Below are positions 40,285-49,555 of a stretch of 64,000 nucleotides of DNA, in pieces; position 1 is the stretch's first letter; every line of letters starts with the position of its first letter. Location: assembly GCA_019058245.1 (NCBI GenBank), contig JAHPZJ010000006.1:96457-160456 (forward strand). The letters run 5' to 3'. Below the pieces are notes generated by a model. That model had not been told where the DNA came from, searched no databases, and worked only from the letters and a program-made list of their open reading frames with translations. This DNA comes from Promethearchaeota archaeon (lineage in GTDB: Archaea > Asgardarchaeota > Lokiarchaeia > Sigyniarchaeales > SOKP01). The position numbers and the translations under genes were made by a program.

Positions 40285-40923
40285 ATGGGATATAAAATGG
40301 TATTAAATAGAAACTTTAAAAATGTCAAGAAATGGGAAAAATCCTTTAAGAAATTTTTGAAGGAAATGCCAACTAATGCTATATTGTGTTCCTTAATTAC
40401 ATCAGGTTTTGCCTCGATTTCTATAAAAGAACGAGTTGGACAGGAGGTTTTGAAGCGAAATCCAGATAAAAATGACTTGAGTATTATCATCAAATATGTG
40501 GAGTCTTTAAGAGATCAAGCTTGGCAGGAATTCTTGAATCAAAACCCAAATGAAATCGAACTTGGGTGGGTTGTTAAAAACGTGGAATCTCTAAGAGAGC
40601 AAGCTTGGCAGATACTCTTAATGCAAAACCCAACTATTACAAACCTGTGTTTAATTATCCAAAAAGTGGAGCCTTTGAGAAAACAAGCCTGGCAGGTACT
40701 CTTGAAACTAAATCCAAATAATGACGAACTTGGGTGGGTTATTGAAAACATAGAATCTTTGAAAGATCAGGCTGGGCAGAAACTCTTGGAGAAAAATGAG
40801 CAAGATCCAAATCTTCTTGATCTAGCTCTAATCATTCACTATGTGCCAACTTTAAGATATAAAACTTTAAAATTGGCTGATGATCGTGGATTGTTAAATG
40901 AGCTGGAAAATATAATAGGATAG
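40285..40923 (+). CDS. Alpha-helical repeat protein (about 28-aa repeats)
   Basis: Repeated VESLRDQAWQ.LL.QNP...EL.WV unit, four to five times. Confidence 0.75.
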   Translation: MGYKMVLNRNFKNVKKWEKSFKKFLKEMPTNAILCSLITSGFASISIKERVGQEVLKRNPDKNDLSIIIKYVESLRDQAWQEFLNQNPNEIELGWVVKNVESLREQAWQILLMQNPTITNLCLIIQKVEPLRKQAWQVLLKLNPNNDELGWVIENIESLKDQAGQKLLEKNEQDPNLLDLALIIHYVPTLRYKTLKLADDRGLLNELENIIG

Positions 40924-40997
40924 AGGGAGTATATTTTGTTAAATAAATTTAAATAATATTAGAAACTACATAAAAGAAAAAAATTATTAGAAATCAG

Positions 40998-41228
40998 GTG
41001 AACGCTATCACTAAATGTTTTATTTGTAAACAAGAAGTATTTGAAGAAAGTCTTGAAAGAACTTTAATTTGTTTTTGTAACCATACTTTAGGTATAGTAT
41101 GTGATAATTGTCTTGATTTATATGATTGGAAATATTTACCAGAAAATATGAGATGTCCAAAATGCGGGAGGACATTATTTGCATTAAGAGATATAATGTA
41201 CATACACCGTAAGAAGTATGGATTGTGA
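40998..41228 (+). CDS. Small Cys-rich zinc-finger protein
   Basis: CFIC, CFCNH, CDNC, CPKC. Confidence 0.7.
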   Translation: MNAITKCFICKQEVFEESLERTLICFCNHTLGIVCDNCLDLYDWKYLPENMRCPKCGRTLFALRDIMYIHRKKYGL

Positions 41229-41325
41229 ATCTACTTAGTTTCTTGCGTAGTTTCTTTCAAAGTTTAAAAGTTTTCTGAGTCAACAAATATAAATATGATA
41301 AGCTGATATTGATAAGTTAGAGAAA

Positions 41326-42369
41326 ATGGCTCAAAATTTAAATAAAAAAAGAAATGTTAATATAAGAGAAAGATTTTTGAAAGGTGTGGGGTATAACATC
41401 GATTCAACAGTTAGGAGTCTTAGTAATTTCAAGTGGTCCAAAAATGTCAAGTGGTTAGCTTATTCTGGTCCATCCATAAACAAAATCGAGAATCTTGAAA
41501 CTTTAAAAGATTTGGAATATTTGAGATTAAATGGGGGAAGAATCTCAAAAATAGAGAATCTTGATGGTCTTAAAAGTTTGAAGTTTTTGGATTTAAGTGT
41601 AAATAATATCTCTGAGATTGAAGGATTAGAAAATCTCAAGAATTTAGAAATTTTACGATTTGGAAATTCATTTGAGACGAGTGGTGGAAATCCTATAAAA
41701 AAAATTAAAGGGCTTGATAATTTAAGAAATCTAAAAGAATTAAGTTTTATTCAGAATGAAATAACCGATATGAGTGGATTAGAAAATCTAAAAAATTTAG
41801 AGATTTTAGATCTCAGAGCAAATAAAATTACTGAAATTAAAGGGTTCGACAGTCTTAATAATTTAAAAGAGCTTTATCTCGGTACAAATCAGATTATAGA
41901 AATTAGAGGTCTTAATGATCTTAAAAAGTTAGAGATCTTGTGGTTAGGAGGCAATAAAATAACAAAAATAAATGGTCTTGCTAATTTAAGTAATTTGAGG
42001 GAATTATACTTGGATTTTAATAAGATCACAGAAATAACAAATCTTAATTCACTTGAAAAGTTAGAGAGATTGTATTTACATTGCAATAACATTTCAAAAA
42101 TAGAAGGTTTAGAAAATTTAATTAATCTAGAGATTCTGAGTTTAGATGGTAATGAAATTTCAGAGATACAAGGCTTAGACACCATTAAAAATCTAAGACA
42201 ATTGGATTTAAGTCGCAATAAAATTTCCGAAATTAAGGGAATAGAGAATTTAGTGAATTTAGATCAATTAGGACTTCATGATAATCCTATTAAGAGGATT
42301 TCTGGGATTGAATCACTGAAAAGGTTGAAGATCTTTGGAATAAAGAACCTTATGCTAGAACAACAATAA
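41326..42369 (+). CDS. SDS22-like leucine-rich repeat protein
   Basis: About 12-13 22-aa repeats of L..L..L..L.L..N.I..I.GL. Confidence 0.93.
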   Translation: MAQNLNKKRNVNIRERFLKGVGYNIDSTVRSLSNFKWSKNVKWLAYSGPSINKIENLETLKDLEYLRLNGGRISKIENLDGLKSLKFLDLSVNNISEIEGLENLKNLEILRFGNSFETSGGNPIKKIKGLDNLRNLKELSFIQNEITDMSGLENLKNLEILDLRANKITEIKGFDSLNNLKELYLGTNQIIEIRGLNDLKKLEILWLGGNKITKINGLANLSNLRELYLDFNKITEITNLNSLEKLERLYLHCNNISKIEGLENLINLEILSLDGNEISEIQGLDTIKNLRQLDLSRNKISEIKGIENLVNLDQLGLHDNPIKRISGIESLKRLKIFGIKNLMLEQQ

Positions 42370-42581
42370 AAAGCATTCGATAAAGGAAATTTTAAATAAA
42401 GTATAATAAAGGCTCAATAATTGATTAAAATCGTATTAATTGAAGAGAAGTTAGCAAAATTTTATCACTAAGTTATCCGATTCAATATTGAAGATATTAA
42501 ATAAGCGATCATTCAGTTTAGTATTTGAATCTATTTTTGTAATATTTATTAATTGCATGGTTAGAGAAGATTTGTGTTCTG

Positions 42582-42668
42582 TTACTATAATACCAGTTCC
42601 CTGACCTCGTCCGTTGAATACTCACCTCACTCATTGTCCTATATATTCATGGAGATATCAGGGAACTG
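42582..42668. repeat. Structured 87-bp intergenic element, copy 2
   Basis: Exact direct repeat of 40036..40122; both copies are followed by a T-rich run on the + strand. Confidence 0.9.
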
Positions 42669-42866
42669 CCCTTTTTACTTTTTCTGAAATATTCTGAGTA
42701 TATTAAAAAATAAAACGTAGGCTTTAATTATAAAATATCAGATTCTATTATTTGAATACTAAATAAGATTATGAAAAAAAGATTTTGCATCTTGTATGAT
42801 TTAATATGAAAATTATTTAAATTTCATATTATTTTAAACTTCATTATAAGCTAAAATGGTGATATT

Positions 42867-43379
42867 ATGAATAAAATTGTAGTTATAGTTGGAGGAGTAA
42901 TTGGAGTATTGGCATCTATTCTATGGTTATTTGAACCTTCACTTGGTTGGTGGGAAGTTACTGTTAAGTTAATTGGAACTGAAGGGGGTTATATTAATCC
43001 TTTTGGATATGGAAGTAATACGATTAATTCAGATATTGAGTTTCATGGACCTTTACTTCTAATAGGAGGAATTGTGTTTTTAGCGGCCTCTATATTAGCA
43101 ATTGTTTCTGCGATTAAAGAGAAAAAAGAACTTTCAATCTTATTTGCGTTTGTCATGGTTGGTGGTTTAGGACTCTTTTGCTATGGGTTAGCTATGATTG
43201 AGAATTTACAGGATATATTATCTGGTTTAAGTTGGTGGACTGGGGAAGATTATATTGTGTTTTGGGGAAGCAAAGATTTAGGAATATTAGGGGATTGGGC
43301 GTGGAGATTGGGAAATGGTTTTTTTATTGCTATTGGAGCGTTTATTGTCACTTTAATTGGTACACTTGTAAAAGATTAA
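42867..43379 (+). CDS. Four-TM membrane protein
   Basis: Four hydrophobic segments with loops between TM1-2 and TM3-4. Confidence 0.75.
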   Translation: MNKIVVIVGGVIGVLASILWLFEPSLGWWEVTVKLIGTEGGYINPFGYGSNTINSDIEFHGPLLLIGGIVFLAASILAIVSAIKEKKELSILFAFVMVGGLGLFCYGLAMIENLQDILSGLSWWTGEDYIVFWGSKDLGILGDWAWRLGNGFFIAIGAFIVTLIGTLVKD

Positions 43380-43423
43380 ACCCTTTCTTTTTTTTTTAAT
43401 TTTAAAATCGCATTAAAAGCTTT

Positions 43424-44614
43424 TTATATAAATAGAAATACACCCCAATACACCCCAATCAATATTATAAAGGATAGAAACGTTGGCTTACCTAAGATTT
43501 TTACTACTTCTTTAAAATTCGTTTTAAAATATTCTGTACTATATGCCACACATGGATGAATTGGAGTAATCAGATATCCGAGAAAAATTGAGGTATAGAT
43601 AAAAACAAAATCTAAGATTGACATGGTGAGAACAGTATATTGTACAAGGTATATAGGGACTAATATTGAAATGGGTAATTGAATGCGTCCAGTTGCGAAT
43701 CCAAGAAAAAATCCAATTAAGATAAAAAGGAAAACGGACAAGTTTATACTAGCAATTTCTTCAGGAGCCCCAGAAAGAATAAAAACTTCTAAAAACAAGA
43801 ACATAGAAAAAATAATAAAGGGAAAGCGCCATATTTTCATCCTTTTTGATATATCCTTCACACTTAAAAGGCTCATATTTCCAAATCGCGATGCTAACCA
43901 TATACTAAAAATAAGACCAACAAGAAGAAATAATTCTGGAACAGCGAAGTTAAAAAAAGTCCTTCCGATGAAATCAATAATAGGTGCAATAATAATTGGA
44001 AGCAGATTATGGAAGGCTCTCTTAAGATCTCTTTCGCCTTGTTCTGAAAAAGGAGTAACCTTTTGAACCATTATATAATATCCTATAAACCACATTACAA
44101 TAAGGCTTGGTAATAATGCAATTACTAATATATAGAGATTAATAGTGGTAAGTACACTTGCAACTATTAATGATGAAGATAATGGATAAATCAGGATTAG
44201 CATATGCCGAAACCATACATTAATAGAGACCTTTTTGTTTATATCCTCCTCAGAACCAATATGATCTACAATAGGTGCTGACATTAAAGCACCTCCAGGA
44301 ACAGGTAATAATCCGAATAGTGCTGGCATCATCATAAGAGAAGTCTTTTTCGAAACTCGCATTTTCTGAATCATTTCCATCATTAATCCAGATTCTTCCA
44401 TTAAACCCCCTAAAATGGGAATAAGTGCAACAATAACCATTAACACTAAAATAGAGGGATCTGTTAGTACATTGATTAATGATTGTAGGATATTAGTTCC
44501 AGCTAAAATAGCAAAACCTATTGCACCTAGGGATAATATAATACCTAATTCATACTTAGAAAGAACCATTACTATAGCGATAACAATGATAAAACTTAAC
44601 CATGCGGGGAGCAT
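43424..44614 (-). CDS. DUF401-family membrane protein (putative transporter)
   Basis: PALFGLLPVPGGALMSAP, INVWFRH...YPL, GYLITPIHPC....EYF. Confidence 0.85.
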   Translation of the reverse strand: MLPAWLSFIIVIAIVMVLSKYELGIILSLGAIGFAILAGTNILQSLINVLTDPSILVLMVIVALIPILGGLMEESGLMMEMIQKMRVSKKTSLMMMPALFGLLPVPGGALMSAPIVDHIGSEEDINKKVSINVWFRHMLILIYPLSSSLIVASVLTTINLYILVIALLPSLIVMWFIGYYIMVQKVTPFSEQGERDLKRAFHNLLPIIIAPIIDFIGRTFFNFAVPELFLLVGLIFSIWLASRFGNMSLLSVKDISKRMKIWRFPFIIFSMFLFLEVFILSGAPEEIASINLSVFLFILIGFFLGFATGRIQLPISILVPIYLVQYTVLTMSILDFVFIYTSIFLGYLITPIHPCVAYSTEYFKTNFKEVVKILGKPTFLSFIILIGVYWGVFLFI

Positions 44615-44709
44615 AATTTTAAGTAAAAATTAAAGTTGATATTTTAAAGAATTAATTCTAAAAATTATAGTTTTTTACAGAACTGAGTGTTAATCTCAAA
44701 AAAAGAAAA

Positions 44710-44771
44710 AGCCCCCTCAATACCCACCTCACTCATTGTCCCTTTTTTTTGTAAGGAGATATGAGGAACCT
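44710..44771. repeat. Diverged third copy of the structured element
   Basis: Shares AATACYCACCTCACTCATTGTCC...GGAGATAT with copies 1 and 2 but has a different closing stem. Confidence 0.8.
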
Positions 44772-44873
44772 GATCAGTCTGTTCATTTGTTCGTTCTTCG
44801 TTCTATTTTGTGCTTTGCTTTTTCTGCACAGCTATCAAACAAAAATATAAAGTTGAGAAAAAAAAATTCTCTA

Positions 44874-45131
44874 TTACTCAGACCCTAACTGTTTGTCTAA
44901 ATCGATTATTAATGGAACCTCTTTCTCGTCCTTTTTCACCACAACTTTCAAGACCCCACCTTCTATCTTCGCACTTACCGCCTCTATCTTTGAAACTCCA
45001 CACTTTACACTCGATTTCAAGCATGTTTGTGCCTCATCATATAACACGCACTTCGTACAACAGAACCCAACTGGCATGTAACCAACTATCGAACATTGAT
45101 CATATGCTTCACAATTACAATTATTACACAT
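44874..45131 (-). CDS. Small Cys-rich metal-binding protein
   Basis: Nine Cys in the first 44 aa (CNNCNC...C...CCTKC...C...C). Confidence 0.75.
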   Translation of the reverse strand: MCNNCNCEAYDQCSIVGYMPVGFCCTKCVLYDEAQTCLKSSVKCGVSKIEAVSAKIEGGVLKVVVKKDEKEVPLIIDLDKQLGSE

Positions 45132-45710
45132 TTTTTTTCATACCTTTTTATAAAGTATTTATTAATTTTTTATAAAATTTTTTGTTTCAATATTTATTTT
45201 TTATTACTAAGATAATATTAGCACTTTTCATATTTAAGTATTACCGTTTTCCGACATATTGTGTTTTGAAAACAATCATTTATGAAAGAATCGATCATGT
45301 GATGCCGTTTTTAATACGCGATTGCCAGATACGGATCATTCATAAGTCAAAAAGATATTTTTATAGAAATATGTACGTAAAAATTATCGGGATTGATCAA
45401 ACTCATTTTCATGATCGATCGTCAAAATTATTTCTGAAGAAATCTAACATAATAGATATATTTTGATCACTTTTGATCATCAAATACGATTTGAATGAAG
45501 TTTTCCAATGAAATATAAATTAAAAAGTTATTAAGAATAAAAGAAATACACGAGGAGGGAAATTTCTTGCTCAAAATAGAACGCAAAAAGTGAGAAATTG
45601 ATAATTCAAAACAAATATAAACGATTTGGTTATTAGAATTTTCTAAAAAATTTATTAAATCCCTATTATTTTTCTAACCATCTAGTAGATGGATAAAAAA
45701 ACTTTTAGAC

Positions 45711-46202
45711 ATGTCTGTAATAAATTTTGAATTTCGAAATGAAGTATTAAAACATAATGCTTCTTTAAGTTACTGCTATCAGTGTAGTACTTGTAGTGGT
45801 GGTTGCCCTGTTGCTCTGCTAACTGAAGGAGGATATAATCCTAGGAAAATTATAGAAGAAGCGATTTTAGGGTTGCAAGATAAATTGGTACAGAAGCAAG
45901 ATCCAAATCCTTGGCTTTGCTCGACATGTCAGACATGTGTTGAGCTGTGTCCTCAAAAGGTTGAGATAACAGAAATTTTAACATTAATCAAAAATGAATG
46001 CTTCAATATTGGGAATGTTCCTGAAGCTTTTATTTCACAAGGAAAGGCTGTTTTAGAAAACGGAGTTGCGCTTCCCTATTCAAAAGCGATTCTTACCAGA
46101 AGGGAGAAACTGGGACTTCCTTCTATAAAAACAGCGCCTATTGATGAAGTAAAGAAAATATTACAAGAAACAAAATTTGAAAATCATATTCCAAAGGAGT
46201 GA
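45711..46202 (+). CDS. hdrC: Heterodisulfide reductase subunit C
   Basis: CYQCSTCSGGCP and WLCSTCQTCVELCPQ. Confidence 0.93.
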   Translation: MSVINFEFRNEVLKHNASLSYCYQCSTCSGGCPVALLTEGGYNPRKIIEEAILGLQDKLVQKQDPNPWLCSTCQTCVELCPQKVEITEILTLIKNECFNIGNVPEAFISQGKAVLENGVALPYSKAILTRREKLGLPSIKTAPIDEVKKILQETKFENHIPKE

Positions 46203-46211
46203 GCAAAAAGT

Positions 46212-47075
46212 ATGTCATACGATTTATTTTTAGGGTGTGTAATACCTGCAAGACTTCCATTCTTAGAAGCATCTTCGAGAAAAGTATTCGAAAAGCTTGG
46301 AATTAAATTGAACGATGTTGATGGGTTTAGTTGTTGTCCTGATCCTACGGGAATAGAACTAATAGATCATAAAACTTGGTTGGCATTAGGAGCGAGAAAT
46401 TTAAGTTTATCGAATAATAATGGAGGAATCATTTCTTTTTGTTCGGGTTGTGTTGAGACTCTTAAAGGAGTTAATTATTACATAAACAAAGATCCTGAAG
46501 CAAAAAATGAAGTAAATAAAGTTTTAAAGAAAGTTGGCAAAAAGTATGAGGGTAAGACTAAAGTAAAGCATTTTGCTGAAGTTCTTTATGAAAATCTTGA
46601 TAAGGTAAGGGAGAATGTAGTGCATCCTTTAACTGGATTTAGAGTGGCAGTTCATTATGGATGCCACTATCTAAGACCTTCAGAGATTATTAATTGGGAT
46701 GATCCTTTTGAACCGACTACAATAGATGAGATTGTGAAGGCATTAGGAGCAGATTCTATAGATTATGAATTGAAAATGGACTGTTGTGGAAATCCACTTG
46801 AAAAATCAGATAAAGAATTATCTTTACAGATGATAAATAATAAATTCGAATCAATTCAAGAAGCGGGAGCTAATTGCGTGACTTTAGTCTGTCCTGCATG
46901 CTTTCAGCAATTTGATTTTAATCAAAAGGAATTGAGTAAAGAAAGAGAGACTGCATATAATTTTCCTGTTTTTTATCTTTCAGAATTAGTAGCGCTCGCA
47001 TTTGGGTTTAAGCCCGAAGAATTAGGGTTTAATTTTCATCGAATTCGACCTAGCGAGTTATTAGAAGGATTTTAA
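46212..47075 (+). CDS. hdrB: Heterodisulfide reductase subunit B
   Basis: Two CCG-type domains: FLGC, SCCP, CSGC, HYGCH..RP, CCG, CPACFQQFD. Confidence 0.95.
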   Translation: MSYDLFLGCVIPARLPFLEASSRKVFEKLGIKLNDVDGFSCCPDPTGIELIDHKTWLALGARNLSLSNNNGGIISFCSGCVETLKGVNYYINKDPEAKNEVNKVLKKVGKKYEGKTKVKHFAEVLYENLDKVRENVVHPLTGFRVAVHYGCHYLRPSEIINWDDPFEPTTIDEIVKALGADSIDYELKMDCCGNPLEKSDKELSLQMINNKFESIQEAGANCVTLVCPACFQQFDFNQKELSKERETAYNFPVFYLSELVALAFGFKPEELGFNFHRIRPSELLEGF

Positions 47076-47133
47076 TCTTTAAAAAAAGTATAAATTAAGT
47101 TTACAAAAATAAATTAAAAGAATTGATAGAACC

Positions 47134-48228
47134 ATGGGATTAACAGAAGTAAAGACATTCGAAAATTTGCAGAATGATGTGATCTCAGTTAATAGATGTT
47201 GTGCTTGTGGTGCGTGCGTAGCATATTGTGAGAATCAAGCATTTAATGTTATTGAAATGGATAATTATACTCCAAAGTTCAAGACTGATAAAAGTGTTGA
47301 AAATTGTAAAGAATGTGGGTATTGTTATTATATTTGTCCGCAAACGGAACCTTTATTAGACAGATTAAAAGAAAAACACTTAGTTAAAGATGAACTGGGT
47401 AATATTATTGATATTTTTGCGGCTAAAACCACTAATGAGCAGATTGGAAAAATTGGACAAGATGGTGGAATTGTATCAACCATTTTAACCTATTTATTTG
47501 ACACAAATAATATTGATGCTGCGGTTGTATCAGAATATGATGAGAATTTTAAACCCATACCCAAAATAATATACCGTAAGGATGATTTAGTGAAATCAGC
47601 GGGTACGAGATATTCAATCTCATCTAACATTTTACCTTTAAAAGATTTAAATCAAGTCGCAGAAGATATTATTTCTCAAAAGAAACGAATTTATGATAGC
47701 GATCAATTACGACTTGCATTTATTGGAACACCATGTCAGTGTAGAGCTATTAGTAAGATGAAGCTTTTGAATATTAAGCCCGCACATGTTATAAGTATAG
47801 TAATTAATCTTTTTTGTTTTGAAAATTTTGATTATGATAAATTGATGAATACATTAAAGTCAAAATCTGAAATTAATCCTTCAGACATTAAAAAAACAAA
47901 TATTAAGAAGAACTTTTTTGTCACCTCGAAAGATGATTCTGTTAAGGAAATAAATATTAAGGATCTTGATGGTGCTGTAAGAAATCATTGTCATGAATGC
48001 GATGAATTTGTAGGACGATATTCAGATCTTAGTATTGGGTCCTCTGGGGCTCCTGCAGGTTATTCAATGATTCTTACCCGAACTGAAAAGGGACGAAGTT
48101 TAATAGATTCATTACTTGCCACGGGATATATTGAACGATATATTATTCCAGCAGATCAGATTTCAGAATGGCAACCTAAAAAAATCAATTGGTTAAAGAA
48201 AATGACTTCACTTAAGGTGAAAAAATAA
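47134..48228 (+). CDS. FrhB/FdhB-family F420-interacting flavoprotein with N-terminal ferredoxin
   Basis: CCACGACVAYC, CKECGYCYYICP, GQDGGIV, SAGTRY, IGTPCQ, LFCFENF, CHEC, DLSIG. Confidence 0.9.
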   Translation: MGLTEVKTFENLQNDVISVNRCCACGACVAYCENQAFNVIEMDNYTPKFKTDKSVENCKECGYCYYICPQTEPLLDRLKEKHLVKDELGNIIDIFAAKTTNEQIGKIGQDGGIVSTILTYLFDTNNIDAAVVSEYDENFKPIPKIIYRKDDLVKSAGTRYSISSNILPLKDLNQVAEDIISQKKRIYDSDQLRLAFIGTPCQCRAISKMKLLNIKPAHVISIVINLFCFENFDYDKLMNTLKSKSEINPSDIKKTNIKKNFFVTSKDDSVKEINIKDLDGAVRNHCHECDEFVGRYSDLSIGSSGAPAGYSMILTRTEKGRSLIDSLLATGYIERYIIPADQISEWQPKKINWLKKMTSLKVKK

Positions 48229-48243
48229 TAAAAGGTGAAATAA

Positions 48244-49548
48244 GTGGCTAAAAATTCTAAAAGTGTTATAATCATAGGAGCTGGTATCGCAGGTATTCAA
48301 GCTGCTTTAGATTTAGGAGATATGGGAATAAAAGTGTATTTAATTGAAAAAAATCCTGTGATTGGAGGTAAAATGGCACAATTGGACAAAACATTTCCAA
48401 CTTTAGACTGTTCAATTTGTATTTTAGCACCGAAATTATCAGAATGCTATAGGCACCCAAATATTACTTTACATACACTTTCAGAAGTAAGTAATGTTGA
48501 GGGCACCAGTGGAAATTTTACTGTAGATATTTTTAAACGCGCACGTTATGTAAAGGAAGAGGTGTGTACTAATTGTGGCGATTGTGCTTCAATTTGCCCT
48601 GTAAGGGGTGTACCAAATTATTTTGATGCTAATTTGAAAAATATGGCAGCAGCATATATTCCATTTCCTTCAGCGGTTCCCCCAGTGCATATAATTGATA
48701 AAAATTCGTGTGTTTATTTAAATTATGGAATTTGCGGACTTTGCGCTAAAAATTGTGGAGCTGAAGCAATAGATTTCTCACAGAAAGATGAAACAATAAA
48801 GATTGATAATGTTGGTTCTATAATTGTTGCCCCCGGATATGGTTTATTAGAAGATGTCAGTCCGCTTACGAGATATGGCTATGGAAAATATAAAAACGTT
48901 GTGACCGCTTTAGAATTCGAGCGATTAATTTGTGCTTCTGGTCCATTGGAAGGGCATTTAAAAAGGCTTTCTGATGGGAACGAACCTAAGAAGCTTGCTT
49001 TTCTGCAATGTATAGGATCCCGTTCAGATAGAGATCAGAAATATTGTTCTTCTATATGTTGTATGTATACAACAAAAGCGGCAATGATTGCATATGAACA
49101 CAATAATGAGTTAGAATCATATGTGTTTTATATTGATATGAGAGCAGGAGGAAAAGGATTTCAAAATTTTCTACGTAGAGGAGCAAATGAATATGAGATC
49201 AAATATATCAAAAGTAAAATATCTCATATTGAGGTTGACGAGGAAGAAAGTCCTATTATAACATATGAAGATTATGATACATCTGTAATTAAGCAGATGA
49301 AAGTAGACTTAGTAATTTTAGCGACCTGTATTATTCCATCCCCTGGGATTGAAAAGTTAGCAGATGTATTAGGAATTGAATTAAATGATTATAAATTTAT
49401 AAAAACACATCCATTTTTACCGGTAGAAACGAGTGTGGAAGGTATCTTCACATGTGGTTGTGCTCGTGAACCGATGGATATCCCTCGCTCTGTTGCTGAA
49501 GCTAGTGGGGCAGCAGCACGAGCAGCGGAAGTAATTAAAGGAGGTTAA
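48244..49548 (+). CDS. hdrA: HdrA-like flavoprotein, N-terminal module of a split pair
   Basis: GAGIAG, LDKTFPTLDCSIC, EFERL, QCIGSR, YCSSICC, PMDIP. Confidence 0.9.
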   Translation: MAKNSKSVIIIGAGIAGIQAALDLGDMGIKVYLIEKNPVIGGKMAQLDKTFPTLDCSICILAPKLSECYRHPNITLHTLSEVSNVEGTSGNFTVDIFKRARYVKEEVCTNCGDCASICPVRGVPNYFDANLKNMAAAYIPFPSAVPPVHIIDKNSCVYLNYGICGLCAKNCGAEAIDFSQKDETIKIDNVGSIIVAPGYGLLEDVSPLTRYGYGKYKNVVTALEFERLICASGPLEGHLKRLSDGNEPKKLAFLQCIGSRSDRDQKYCSSICCMYTTKAAMIAYEHNNELESYVFYIDMRAGGKGFQNFLRRGANEYEIKYIKSKISHIEVDEEESPIITYEDYDTSVIKQMKVDLVILATCIIPSPGIEKLADVLGIELNDYKFIKTHPFLPVETSVEGIFTCGCAREPMDIPRSVAEASGAAARAAEVIKGG

Positions 49549-49555
49549 AACGAAT

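Noticed and set aside
44810-45466. Plus-strand ORFs 44810..45175, 44893..45081 and 45182..45466
   Set aside because: Antisense shadows of the Cys-rich gene, or a TTG-started frame through a regulatory region with no protein-like signal.
46200-46214. hdrC TGA stop in frame with the hdrB ATG (possible read-through fusion)
   Set aside because: One-in-three chance; the TGA is not at a conserved Cys position and hdrB has its own GGAGTGA SD-like site.
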